Below, piece by piece: positions 52,471-64,000 of a stretch of 64,000 nucleotides of DNA. The notes beneath the pieces are model-generated. The model saw nothing but the letters and a program-made list of their open reading frames with translations, had not been told where the DNA came from and ran no database searches. Source of the stretch: Rotaria socialis (Eukaryota); contig CAJNYD010000224.1 of the NCBI GenBank assembly GCA_905331295.1, positions 124,001 through 188,000 of the forward strand, in the 5' to 3' direction. The stretch's first letter is position 1, and each line of letters opens with the position of its first letter. Position numbers and translations under genes: made by a program.

Positions 52471-53802
52471 ATGCAATCTCAGCTTTCACATCGTAGTTCA
52501 ACTGGAGACCCATGTCGTGTTTGTGGTTTCGAAAAAAACACTGGTCGAAATTTTGGTGTAATTACTTGTTCAACATGTAAAGCTTTTTTCCGACGAAACG
52601 GTCGAACTGGTTCAGTAAGTAAAATAGATTTTTCTAAAGAAATCAACAATCGACATCTATTTTCTTATTATCAAATAGGCTTTACCATCTTGTCGTTTCG
52701 GTAGTCAATGTCCGGTCAATGAACGTACTAGACGACAATGTCCAACATGTCGTTTAGCAAAATGTTTTGCTGTTGGAATGCAAAAGGATTTAATTCGAAC
52801 CGATGAAGAACGTGCTTCTCGGTTGCAACTTGTTAAAGCAAATCGTTTACAACGACAAGAAAAACTTTTAGCCGTATCGTTATCAGCACAAACAACCCCA
52901 TTGCAAAAACCTCATCGACGTGTACCACATGAGGTAAGTCTAAAAAACAACAATTAGATATTTCTAATATGTTATTTCTGTTTTTCTTCTGTAATTTCTA
53001 GACGCCGAGAATGAATTTTAATCAAATTAATAAAATTTCAACGCCATTATCATCAAATGATTGGATACAGTTAACAAATATTCGCAGCGCTTATGAACAT
53101 TATTGTTTACACCCAATATTGCAAGCAGAAGAACAGCGCGAAGAATATTTAAGTGGACAACCTTTAAAATGTCGTTTGAAAGAACATACATTTATGAATG
53201 TACTTACTGTACGTCTTACATCATTAGTGTCATTTTTTCGTGCAACAATTCCGTTTTTCTCAATGGATCTAAACAGTAATGATCGTGCATGGCTAGTACG
53301 TACAAATTTACATTATCTTTTATTATTTTCATCAATGGATTTAATGAGTGTAAATGGCAATCAAACTCATTTTGATTCCAAGAGATCCTGTCATGCTGCT
53401 TATCTATATGTTTACGGACAAGATTTATTACTACGTGCTGAATATTTAATACAAAAATTAAAACATTTAATTGACTTTGATCCTGCCATAAGTAAAATTG
53501 TTCAAATTATTCTATTTCTATCCCCAAGTTTATTGACAAATTATGATGCAAATTATTATTATCAACCATCGGAAAAAACCATATCTGATATTGTGCAAGC
53601 TCAAGAACAATATATTAATATCCTATGGTCTTATTTAATATATCGTCATGGACACGAGAACGGCCAAAAATTACTAATGGCTATTATGGGACAAGTTCTC
53701 GAGCATCAAAATTTTGGAGCTGATGTAGATAAATCTTTGCTAGAACGACAACCATTTGGTGATCTTGTTTATTCAATGTTAATGTCATTTTCGCGCAATT
53801 GA
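52471..53802 (+). CDS. Divergent nuclear hormone receptor E, 3 coding exons, ~399 aa
   Basis: Exons 52471-52614, 52679-52933, 53002-53802. [37 protein letters not shown]-x9-CPTCRLAKCFAVGM; LBD-like exon (DWIQLTNIRSAYE, AQEQYINILWSYL). The ATG directly follows a splice acceptor, so an upstream exon is possible. Confidence 0.9.
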
Positions 53803-56800
53803 AATCAAAGAAGAAGAAAACCAAGAATATTTAAGTGCGTCTTTCGCTTCTCAATTGTTGTCAAATACGGTGATCTCTAATTCAACACACAAGAAACTTG
53901 AAAAAATAAAACATTTTTAGCTATGATATGCATTTTTTTCAATGAAAGAAATATTTTTATTTCATGTTCAACCCCACTACATAATTATTTTCTTGTATCT
54001 TCTATTTTGTCTTCAATATCATTGTTGCATTCTAATTTTTTTTCTTTGTATTTCTATGTATCATTAAATACACTCATGTCTATCTATATCTATATATCTA
54101 TATATATATACATATATATATATATATGTATATAAATTATTGGTAAAGAAACATTTATTAGTTTAAAATAAAAAGACGAGAAAACATTTTGATCTCATAT
54201 TTTTATGCACTCATTGAATCTGAATAGAAAACCGAAATAGAACAATATTATCAATTCGTAGTTTAACAGAGTGCATCAGAATAGTAATCGTCTTGCTTAG
54301 ATAAGAATAAACTAACCGATTCATATACTTTTCGTATTACTGTAGGCGTAAAGGTAACTATGCAATTATTATTTTAGCTTAAAAATCAGTAACAATTATT
54401 GAATGGCGTAGTTTTTATGGGAGGATCTGTGAATAACTTAATGAAAAGATAGGACAATCTTTTGGTTTCCTTTATAGAATTTTTAGTTTTTTCTAATCTG
54501 AATCACACATTATTCTAAGGTTAAATATCGACAAGGGAAATCATTCTAATGTCAAGTCATTTTGAAATACATAAAGAATATTGCGGGTTATTAAATCTTC
54601 TGAGATTTCTTAAATTGTAGAAGTCGATAGGGCCTCCTGCGTTCTTTCTGCTATTCGTTATGTATATATATATACATGAAAAATAAAATAATTAATATTA
54701 CATGAGATGAGATGAAAAGAGTAAGAAAAAGATTTTCTACTTTAACTATATCATTATTCTTTATAATCTCTCTTTTAATATTATGAATGATCCTGAAAAC
54801 AGCAACCAGGTGGAAAACACTTCAATGATTTATTGCTCTGATAGTTAAAATAGAATCATGCGTCGGCTAAAGCGAAATCATGTTAAGTTTTCTTCAGACA
54901 ATAATGCAAAACTTTCACGTAGCGAAAGTAGATTCAAATAGCATGAAATAATATGAAAGAAATGTTATAAATAAATAATATTTATTTTTTTTACTGATGA
55001 TTACTTGATAATTAATGTTACTGAAAAGCGATAAAGAACTTCCAGGTTTTGAGTTCTCAAATGTCATTTTAATAGACATATTTATTTTCAAAAAAACTAT
55101 AAGAAATTAATGTTAATGTTCATTTCGCAAAAAAATGTTAGAGAGAAAGATTTTCTCAATAGCTTTTGATAGAAATAAAATAGAGAACAGCATATTTCAC
55201 TGTTGTATAAACAAAAACAAATCGAATTGTTTATCAGAAGGTTTTTTCAGAAGAGTTTCAATAATCAATTTTACATTACGAATAAATTTTCAATTGAAGA
55301 ACTAAAAAAAGTATAAATGTCTAGGGGTTTTTTTTTTTAATTATTCAAGTAGGACATGTATTCAACTCAAGACTCGTGATTACTTTGTTAAAAAGCCACT
55401 AAAAAAATGCTTCATCTATCAGAAACTGCTTTCCTGTGGAAAATTGATAGAAAAAATTGTAGGAAAATCTATAATGTAGGGTTCGTACGACTTTGTTCTT
55501 TTTTACAAGATAAAAAGGTACTGTGACCTTTTCTGTTACTATCAATAGCTACACAACGAGCATCCAAGTGGTCTATTTTATTTTAAACAAATAAGTATTA
55601 GTAGGAAAATAGCTCAAATATTGAATACTTACTGTCTATATATACAAAAAAAAAACAATTATAGAAAATAATCAATTTTCGAACGAAGTCAATTTCTATA
55701 TTTAATCTAATAAAATTGAAGGAAAGCATGAGAAATAGAAATAAAACTGCTCAAAAATAAATAAATATTTAGAAAATTAATTATAAAGATTACTTTTGTT
55801 AGTTCACTCAATATGCTAATATTGGCATTGCTTTTCTTTTTTGACATGAAAAGAAAACATTTGAAAAATCTCAATAAATGAGCTGGATTTAATTTTTTTT
55901 GATTAAAAATCCATATTAGATTTTTGCATGTTATAATATATCATTCGGATTTAAAATTGAACGATTGGTATAGTGGAAATGCGTTTGTACTAATTTTTTT
56001 GTTTACATCGATCATATTCTACTCTAGCTTGTGATTGTGAGAATTTCAATTACATAACAGCATTTTACTCTATATTTAGTTTAGTGCCTAGCTATTTCAA
56101 AAAGCTACACATTAAATGCAACTCTGGTAATTTAATGTGATGCACAATTATATTCAGCTACGCCATTCAAAAAAGAATACGTCAATATGCATATTCTTTT
56201 TCTTTATAAATTGAATAATATTTTTGATTATTTAGTTAATAGTCTTACATAAATAATTAAGACGTGTGCATATTGTTCAAAGGGTGCGCTATATATTCTA
56301 TAAAAGGACAAAAAAGAAAGTTCAAAAGAATATTAAAGGATCTTTAGTAGCGATGTAATTTTGACCAAAGCGAACAATTTGCTTTCAAGTCGCTCTTCAA
56401 CAAATGACGTCCGGCATAATTGAAATACGCTTGAAAAAACATCTTTGTACAGATCGATTTTCTAGAACTTCAAGTCGTTTCTTTATCTTTGTAGTTTATT
56501 TCGTTTTTTTCCAGGCATGAATCCAGAGGATTCATAATAATTAAATAAGAAACAAAGTTTCTGCGTCTGTTTTGTTTGTTCTTCAAACGAAGACTTGAGT
56601 CTATTAGTCATAATAGTGAGTTCCAAGGTGAATCATACCAGGTCAGATTTGATCGATATTCAACAAAATAAGAGCAGAATCCGATCGCAGGATTGCTTGT
56701 CCTGCATTTGTCTTTTCCCTGGTTCCGAAACAACAGCAAAGTTAAAATATTATTTTGCTTGACAATGACAATGAACACTATGGCAAAAAAAAATAAGAGC

Positions 56801-59800
56801 CATAAGTTTTGGATACTTGTGGCAGAATCAATATTTTCCCATTAGCTATTGATTTTCCATTTCCTTGAAATCGCCGCAGTTTAGATGATTAATTGCGCAA
56901 TATTATCGCGATAAATCGTCGATCTTCACTTAACTATTCACAATGGGTAATATTATAGGAAATAAAATCTAATCCTTCATCTTGTCGTCACACTATATTT
57001 ATAGCTCTATCTGTCTTCATACTCAAGCTATTTGGCTCTGTTATTCGCACTTTTTTCTATAGGCTATTTTTGTTACCTGTTGATTCCGCTCTTTTTGTAG
57101 AACAGGAAATATAAAGAAAATGAGCTTGAGGAGGTCCTATGATAAGCAGTCTAATGTCATCTAGCTATTTCATCAAAACCGTATAGTTGTTTGGTGAATC
57201 TTGATTTTGTTGAACAAATTGGCAAAAAAATCATCAATTTTCGACAATATATCGCGATCAAATCGACGATTTTGTCGCTATTTTGATGGCATGGATTGTT
57301 TTTAGAATAAGTATGAGTAGTTTCGTTTTGACAAAATTATCATAGACTTCAATGGCGTATCTAGATTATCTTCCTCGTGTGTTTTCCACTGTATTATTCA
57401 TAGCAAGGTACAATCTTTTTTGTTCTTCCTCATCCGGTGGCATTCATTACAGTGTTCGACGATTTACCCCGACCTGTTCCTCATCGACCTGTTTATCTAT
57501 TTGTCCTCCATCAATATTCTTGTTTTTCTAGCTGGACTTTACAGGGCACATTTCACAGTCTAGTGGCTGTCTTACGATGCTTATGAAAGTTGTTTTGTCA
57601 CATTTGACCACGTTTCGTTCGCTCGCTTTCGTTCAAGATACTGAACTCGGTCTCACGAATTGATACGGTACAAAGCTCTCTCAACTACGTTGGAACAATG
57701 CCACATACCAATGCACAGTCTAGATATGAGAAGCAAGAAAATATTTTACTTAACAAATTGGTGTTGCCTAAAATAATCAATTTGCATGCGTTCACCTTGA
57801 TTCAATCGATATTCACCGAAAATAGAATTGAATGACATCCATCATAGCTCCGATTGTGATACCCATACTTTGACCAGTGAATTTCGTTATTTTCATAGCT
57901 GCCGATGATTTGAATCCTATCAATAGTGTTATACTGTGTATTGATGAGGTATCTAATTTATTTTCATACTTGATATTTTCTTATCTTCTCTTATGGCTGA
58001 GTACCGGCGATGAATCAATATAATAATAAAATCATTAAAGAAATGATTCTTCTTTTGTTTGGTTCATTTAATCGAATCCCGCCATTTTATTATTACCACG
58101 TACTTGATGTAGACTCAGAAATATTTGTTACACAAAATCATGAAAAATTTTTACTTGAACCTAAACGAATATAAATTATTGCATATGTTTTTATGTTGTC
58201 ATCCCAATTGATACCATAATTCATCCCAAGCGAACTCGTTCCCAAACGAAATATGAGAACTGGTCCTATAGAGAAAAATAAATCGATTTTCAACTTGTTT
58301 CATTCTATGTACAACCCTTATTAGCGTATCAACTATGAGATAAAATAGTATCCATAGAGTGGAGTCAATTGAGACAGAGAAAAATAGAACCTTGTAAATG
58401 CTCCAGATGTCGCATTCATAAATCTTTGCTGAGATGTGTTTTACAATGTTCACTGTGATAATCTGGCTCACGACGAACACATTTATTATCCACCGATAAA
58501 AAAAATATGTTATCAAAAACTGAATAAAAATTATATTATCTTCCATCTTCTTATGTGTGATTTCATCTCAAATAAGTAGTTATCATCGGTTAATCCGTGC
58601 CTGTTAATTGTAATTGCTGTTAGCGTATAGCGCCATCTTGCAACCCGAAAGAATTCCGATTTTTAAAGATTAATGTACTTTGTTGTACCTGCTGTAAAGA
58701 AATTAATCTTTTCTCTTGTTTAATTTAAAGAGATTTTGACACAAAAACGAAACGAATTTGATTGGTTTATTGATATAAAATCATTATCATATTTTTGAGT
58801 CTGCAATGTACGTTGCACTTGCACAACGCCTTCGGCCAGCCCTTCCTTTTACCCTGGTATTTTTTTTCTTCATGACGTAAAGTGTACACAAGCTTTTATC
58901 CAAAAAAATACCTTTAAAAAAAACAGAACTTTGCTCCTTTTGACAACTAAACTTTTAGTACTAATTCAATATCAATAAGAACGTTTTGAGAAAGAGTACT
59001 CCTGCAAGCAGGGTCAGTGTTCGTAATTCGATGGCCTTCAAATACTCGGTTTGCGTATAGATAATTTATTGGAATTACCTTTTTTTTTGCATAAACGGCT
59101 TTCGTATAATAAAATTATTTTACTACAATTGTATTGTGTCTTAATACTCTAAATTCTTCTGGACAATAATTTTACTATAGACGTATTTGTTTTCCTATTG
59201 AACTGATATAAAAACAGTCATTTTCTTGTCGTTTCTAACTTAATTTGAGTCGTGCAGATTGAATCGAACGCCTTTTTAATATTATAGCTTCGGGAATATT
59301 AGTCTTTTGAGAACATCTAATAGTGATTTTTTTTTCTTAACTATTGTGCATTCTCAAAATTCATATTTTTTGTTTAATGAGAATATTCGAATTAAAGAAT
59401 GTTGAAAAATAAGATTAGCATTTTAATCTTTGTATTTTTTGTTGTCTGCACCTATGCAACATTAAGAATTAAGAGAGATTTACTATTGCTAACAACATGT
59501 ATATAACTTCGAGATGTAGTATAAAACTCTTTAAATTTGTTTCTAATTAGATTGAATTCGACAGTGCTTATAAAAGTTTTCCTTGAATAAAAACATTGTT
59601 TTTTATCATCATATGACTTTACCAGATTTGTATTTTTAAGGACAGAAATCTTGATGTTCACGTCAATAATAACTTAATAATGTTAAGTGAATCGTTTGAA
59701 AACAGTTTCTTTTTGTTCTCTCACACTAAAGAGTTTAATTACGCTGCTATTGATCAATATCTTTGATTTCTGAAAAACCCGTGCGCCATAATCTTCGGCA

Positions 59801-60230
59801 AAATTTTCGTTCAAGGCATTTTGCAGTCATTGAATCTGCCTGTCACAATCAAATTTATAACGTTGAATTTGTCAGAGATGCCGATATTTAATTTCTACTA
59901 TTTGAAAATAATGTACTATTCATTGAAATGTGAGCTTTTAAATAAATAATTATAGAAATAAACCGCACATATCAATCTTCTTAGTTGTTTAAAGGTACCA
60001 AGCTTCGTTTAAATGAAGTGTATATATTATTTTTCAAAGCATATTGTGTAGACAAAAATATTTTAGAGTAAATTCTACGAACCATAAATTTTTGTTTTCT
60101 GGCTAATTAAAAACCTCCCAGCTAATTAACGAGCGATTACAACATTTAATATCACAATCTCTTTCAGCTACATTGACTTCGACAAGGTTATAAGAAAACT
60201 AGATGGTATCCGAGTTGCACTCGTATACGA

Positions 60231-60744
60231 AATGCGATGCGAAGCAAAACTTCGGATCTTCACGAAAAATCTTCAATTCAGAGAAATCTTGAATACTTTT
60301 TATGTAGCCATGATGAAATTCATTACTGAGAAAACTCTATTCCTACTTAGCGATACATTCTCAAAGATCGATTTCGATTGAACAATTAATTATCTCTATG
60401 ATTCATTATCTTAGATCCGCTGTGAATGAATAGACCATAGTTGCTAACATATGTTAATGACGTCATTTTAATTATCGTAAACTTAGAAAGCACAAATTTC
60501 TTTCATTTTCGTCATTTTGGAACGACATTTGTGACTGAATGGAACTTCAGATTGAAGTTTCGAAAACAGATGTTAAAAGTTCCATCTTGATACTTTCAAC
60601 TCCCGTTTCAATGACTTTTCTATGATTTTCGGTTCTCGAGATCAGTGCACAACAAATCGATTAGATGTGATGCGTACGTCTAGAAAGTAAAAGAAAAGAA
60701 AAACTCGCGACGAACTACATAAATGCTATGCTTCGCATCGCATT
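60231..60744. repeat. 16-bp perfect inverted repeat ~500 bp apart (probable MITE remnant) upstream of the WrbA-like gene
   Basis: AATGCGATGCGAAGCA (60231-60246) / TGCTTCGCATCGCATT (60729-60744). Confidence 0.55.
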
Positions 60745-60972
60745 AAAAACGTGCATCCAGTAGTAATGACGACGAAAGCGCAACATAAGGATGATATACA
60801 TATATATATATATATCAGTGAGCATGACGTTGCATAAAATAGAAGAAGAAAAAAAGTATAAATACTAAATGAATATGTATGCATCATAACCACAATAGTT
60901 TCGCGCCATAAGCTACTTTGAACAGCTTGTTTTATAATCTCTAGAAATCACAACACGACAAAATCGATATCA

Positions 60973-61890
60973 ATGGCTTCCGTTAGTACAAAAGCTAGTA
61001 AAGCAAAAATTCATATTATCTACTATTCCACATATGGTCATGTTGCTACATGTAAGATTACATTGAAAATATAGAAAATTAAAAAAATGATTGTTTTTTG
61101 AATTTTATCTAGTGGCTAAAAATATATTGAAAGGTGTTGAAGCAGCTGGTGCTGAAGGTCATTTAATTCAAGTACCAGAAACATTATCAAAAGAAGTTTT
61201 AGGAAAAATGCATGCACCAGACAAAGATTCAACTATTCCAACAATATCCTTTGTTCCCGGTGTAGCAAATACAGTTACAGTTGAAGATGCATTAGTAAAT
61301 TGTGATGGTATTCTATTTGGTTTTCCAACACGTTTTGGTGGAATCCCTGCACAAGTTAAAGCTGTATGGGATGCCACAGGTGGATTATGGATGAAAGGTG
61401 CACTCGTCGGAAAACCGATTGGTGTATTTTTTTCAACTGGTTCACAAGGTGGCGGGTAAGAAACTAATAATATTTGCGTTGAAAATCTTAATCAAACTTC
61501 ATTTAGTCAAGAAACAACCGCATTAACATCGTTAACAAATTATGTTCATCATGGAATGTTATTTGTATGTATTAAAAAGAAAACATTTTTTTTTCTTAAC
61601 TTAACTATTTTAAAATAGGTACCAATTGGATATACAAGTCCACTTCTTGGTAATATAGATGAAGTTCATGGTGGCAGCGCGTATGGTGCCGGTAAGTTGT
61701 GAATCATATTTAACTATTCAATTCTTTTTTGTTCCAATTTTTTATAGGTACCATTGCTAGTAGTAATGGATCACGACAACCCAGTGAATTAGAATTAAAA
61801 TTAGCCCAGCATCAAGGATCATATTTTACTCAAGTAGCAACTGCATTGAAAGTAGGTCGTGCAGCAGCATCGTCATCATCATCATTATAA
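60973..61890 (+). CDS. wrbA: WrbA/Pst2/FQR1-family flavodoxin-like NAD(P)H:quinone oxidoreductase, 5 exons, ~231 aa
   Basis: Exons 60973-61051, 61113-61455, 61507-61564, 61619-61691, 61748-61890 (696 nt, in frame). Motifs IIYYSTYGHV, QVPETL, GFPTRFG, DATGGLW..GALVGK, STGSQGGGQETT, HHGM.FVPIGY, EVHGGSAYGAGT, GSRQPSELE. Confidence 0.95.
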
Positions 61891-62528
61891 GATATGAATA
61901 CATCTGATAATAGACAATAATGACTGAACAAAATAAAAACTACTCAATATGACCTTAACCGGCATTCTTGCTCTCATTGTTATTCCCTCTACTAGTTTCG
62001 TAGTTAGTTTTTTTGTTGTTGTATCAAATAGATAGAAACTTCATAACTGAATAAATTATCATGCAACTAAATGAAATCCTATTGCTTTCGTGAATATACA
62101 CAAGTGATAAATCAAGTCTTCGAGAAGAATTTTGTTTTAGGATTTGACACAAGAAACACAAAAGATATCAATCAACTCGCATATATTACGTTATTCATAA
62201 ATCTAAATTTTATACCAATCAAGTCTGATAATAGAGCGAAAAAAATATCTAATTCACAAGATTCATAGAGAAAACCATTGTATGCAAACTGCTTGGAATA
62301 AACAAGACTGGTATCTATCCATCTAGAAGTACTTCTGATAAAACATTTTGCGTAAGTTCTGTGATACAAAAACTAAAACGACTATGTATCTGTTTTATTT
62401 ATTCTATTCATCTTATTGAACTCTTATTGAATGATAACAGCTATGTTTTTGCTGGTTAATAGTGGCCTCTTAGGATGATTCTTATTGGTTAAGGTTCTAT
62501 AAAACATACCCAATAACACTATTACTAA

Positions 62529-62771
62529 TTTCATATTATGATATAATTATTTTTCCTTTTTATCTTGCGATGTTTGAATTTTTCTGAATGAAAAATTCAA
62601 AATGATATGCTTCGTCCGGGAATCGAACCCACGACACAACATCTGGTTAATCGAACCAGTGCTCTTACCATTGAGCTAGCGAACACTATTAAACATACCG
62701 TTTTTTGTTTTTCATTCAGAAAAATTCAAACATCGATAGCTAAAAATGAAGAATAATTATATCATATGAAA
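62529..62771. mobile_element. Foldback element with ~65-bp inverted arms enclosing a tRNA-like core
   Basis: Perfect 28-bp inverted repeat CGATGTTTGAATTTTTCTGAATGAAAAA (62568-62595 / 62708-62735), extending imperfectly to about 62529 and 62771. Confidence 0.75.
62608..62685 (-). tRNA. tRNA-like sequence or tRNA pseudogene (nominal anticodon GAT, Ile)
   Basis: Minus strand: A box TAGCTCAATGG, D stem GCTC/GAGC, anticodon stem CTGGT/ACCAG with loop TCGATTA, B box GGTTCGATTCC. The acceptor and T stems pair imperfectly and the loop lacks U33 and purine 37. Confidence 0.6.
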
Positions 62772-63126
62772 CATGTATAACTCCTTCTAACATCTATTAA
62801 TGATAGTCAGTATACACAAGTTTTCTAGGTCCTAGAAAATGAGCCAAACGAGTGAACCTAAAGTGCGCTACAATCCGATGCCTTTTAGAGCTCAGCGCGT
62901 TGATAGTATCGCACTTTGGTTCACACATTAGGCGCATTTCATACGACCAGTTTTCTAGGCTCTTAGGGTTGTCACACTTGCATTTGAATATATTATTCAT
63001 TTCTCAATTGAAATAAGCTGTTTTTATTCGAGTTAAATATCCTGGGAAAACGTTAGTTTATTATGTACATATATATATATACAAAAATTATGTTTTCTAT
63101 TTTGAAAGATTTCAAAAACTACGGAA

Positions 63127-63735
63127 ATGTCGAAAGACGAAAATTTCAAAAATAAAGAAAAACAAGCAACGGACGACAGGGAACGTTTAGCTAATTCGTC
63201 AAGAGATAATGATGAAGAGAATATTAACCAGAATGTTGCAGAAAAAATGATTGATGAAGAATTTAAGAATAAAGAATTACCAGAAGATGATAAATCTGAT
63301 ACAGATACATTTGAAGAAGGAAACAAATTAGAAAAATTAGATGAAAAAAACAATGATATAAATGGATCATCTGTTAGAATTTTTCAATCCCTTGATTTAA
63401 AACCAAAACATCTTGGTCTTACTCGAACATTATTATTAGCTATGTTTGCTGCTTTGATTGGTACAGGCGCTCAATTTGGCTATGCGCTTGGCGTTATGAA
63501 TGCTCCATCAGAGGTAAAGATGATCCTAGAGAGAGAAAAAACATTCTTTGTTCATAGGCGTTTTCTTTGAATAGTTAATTAAAATTTATATAAACGAAAT
63601 TTATATAAAACGTTATAATTCAACAATAAGTCCATATCATCAAGATATTCTTTATTCAACAGCTATATCTGTTGTTGCACTTGGAGGAATGTTTGGTGGT
63701 CTTTCAGCTATACCATTGAGTAATCGATTTGGTCG
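63127..63735 (+). CDS. MFS sugar porter (GLUT/SLC2A-like), first two exons; gene continues beyond the window
   Basis: Exons 63127-63513 and 63575-63735. Acidic N-terminal tail, then AALIGTGAQFGYALGVMNAP (TM1) and YSTAISVVALGGMFGGL...NRFGR (TM2 and loop motif); ends at a GTAAGT donor. Confidence 0.9.
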
Positions 63736-64000
63736 GTAAGTTAATTAAGACTTTCTATTAGAGAAAAGTTTATTTTGCTTCGATATTTACGCAAGTCATA
63801 GATTTTGAGTGGCAAGTTCTTTGAGTAAAAATCAATTAAAAAACTATGATAAAACATGATTGAATACTATCTAGAGTAAGATGAACTAACGTTATTTTTC
63901 TATTCGTCAAGATGCCTGTCAGGAGAACCCATATCGGATTCAAATTATTCTGTAAAAATAAATTAATGCGTTTACTAGTTTGCAACAAAATCGATTCAAG

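Noticed and set aside
58199..58546. 115-aa hydrophobic ORF
   Set aside because: No recognisable motif or consistent exon structure; compatible with chance in AT-rich DNA.

Overview
AT-rich animal genomic DNA with many short (about 48-75 nt) GT-AG introns. The intron style, the repeat types and an intron-bearing gene from a non-metazoan family suggest a bdelloid rotifer; this is inference, not proven. The first 25 kb is a tandem, same-strand array of C4 zinc-finger nuclear receptors (NRs): 4 intact 3-exon genes, a DNA-binding-domain (DBD)-only pseudogene and a ligand-binding-domain (LBD)-only pseudogene. A divergent fifth intact receptor lies at 52.5-53.8 kb. All resemble NR1J/HR96/DAF-12 but carry non-canonical P-boxes (CMPCKA, CMACKA, CSTCKA) and lack the AF-2 glutamate. 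Other genes are a 12-exon peroxisomal acyl-CoA oxidase ending in SKL, the 3' part of an opsin-like GPCR that keeps the retinal-binding lysine, a 3-exon PDZ protein, a 5-exon WrbA/flavodoxin-like quinone reductase (probable horizontal acquisition) and the 5' end of a GLUT-type sugar transporter. Intergenic and intronic DNA holds several DNA-transposon derivatives with readable terminal inverted repeats (TIRs) and target-site duplications (TSDs), a 1.06 kb tandem duplication, and a foldback element wrapped around a tRNA-like core. All exon models were built by hand from splice signals and frame continuity.
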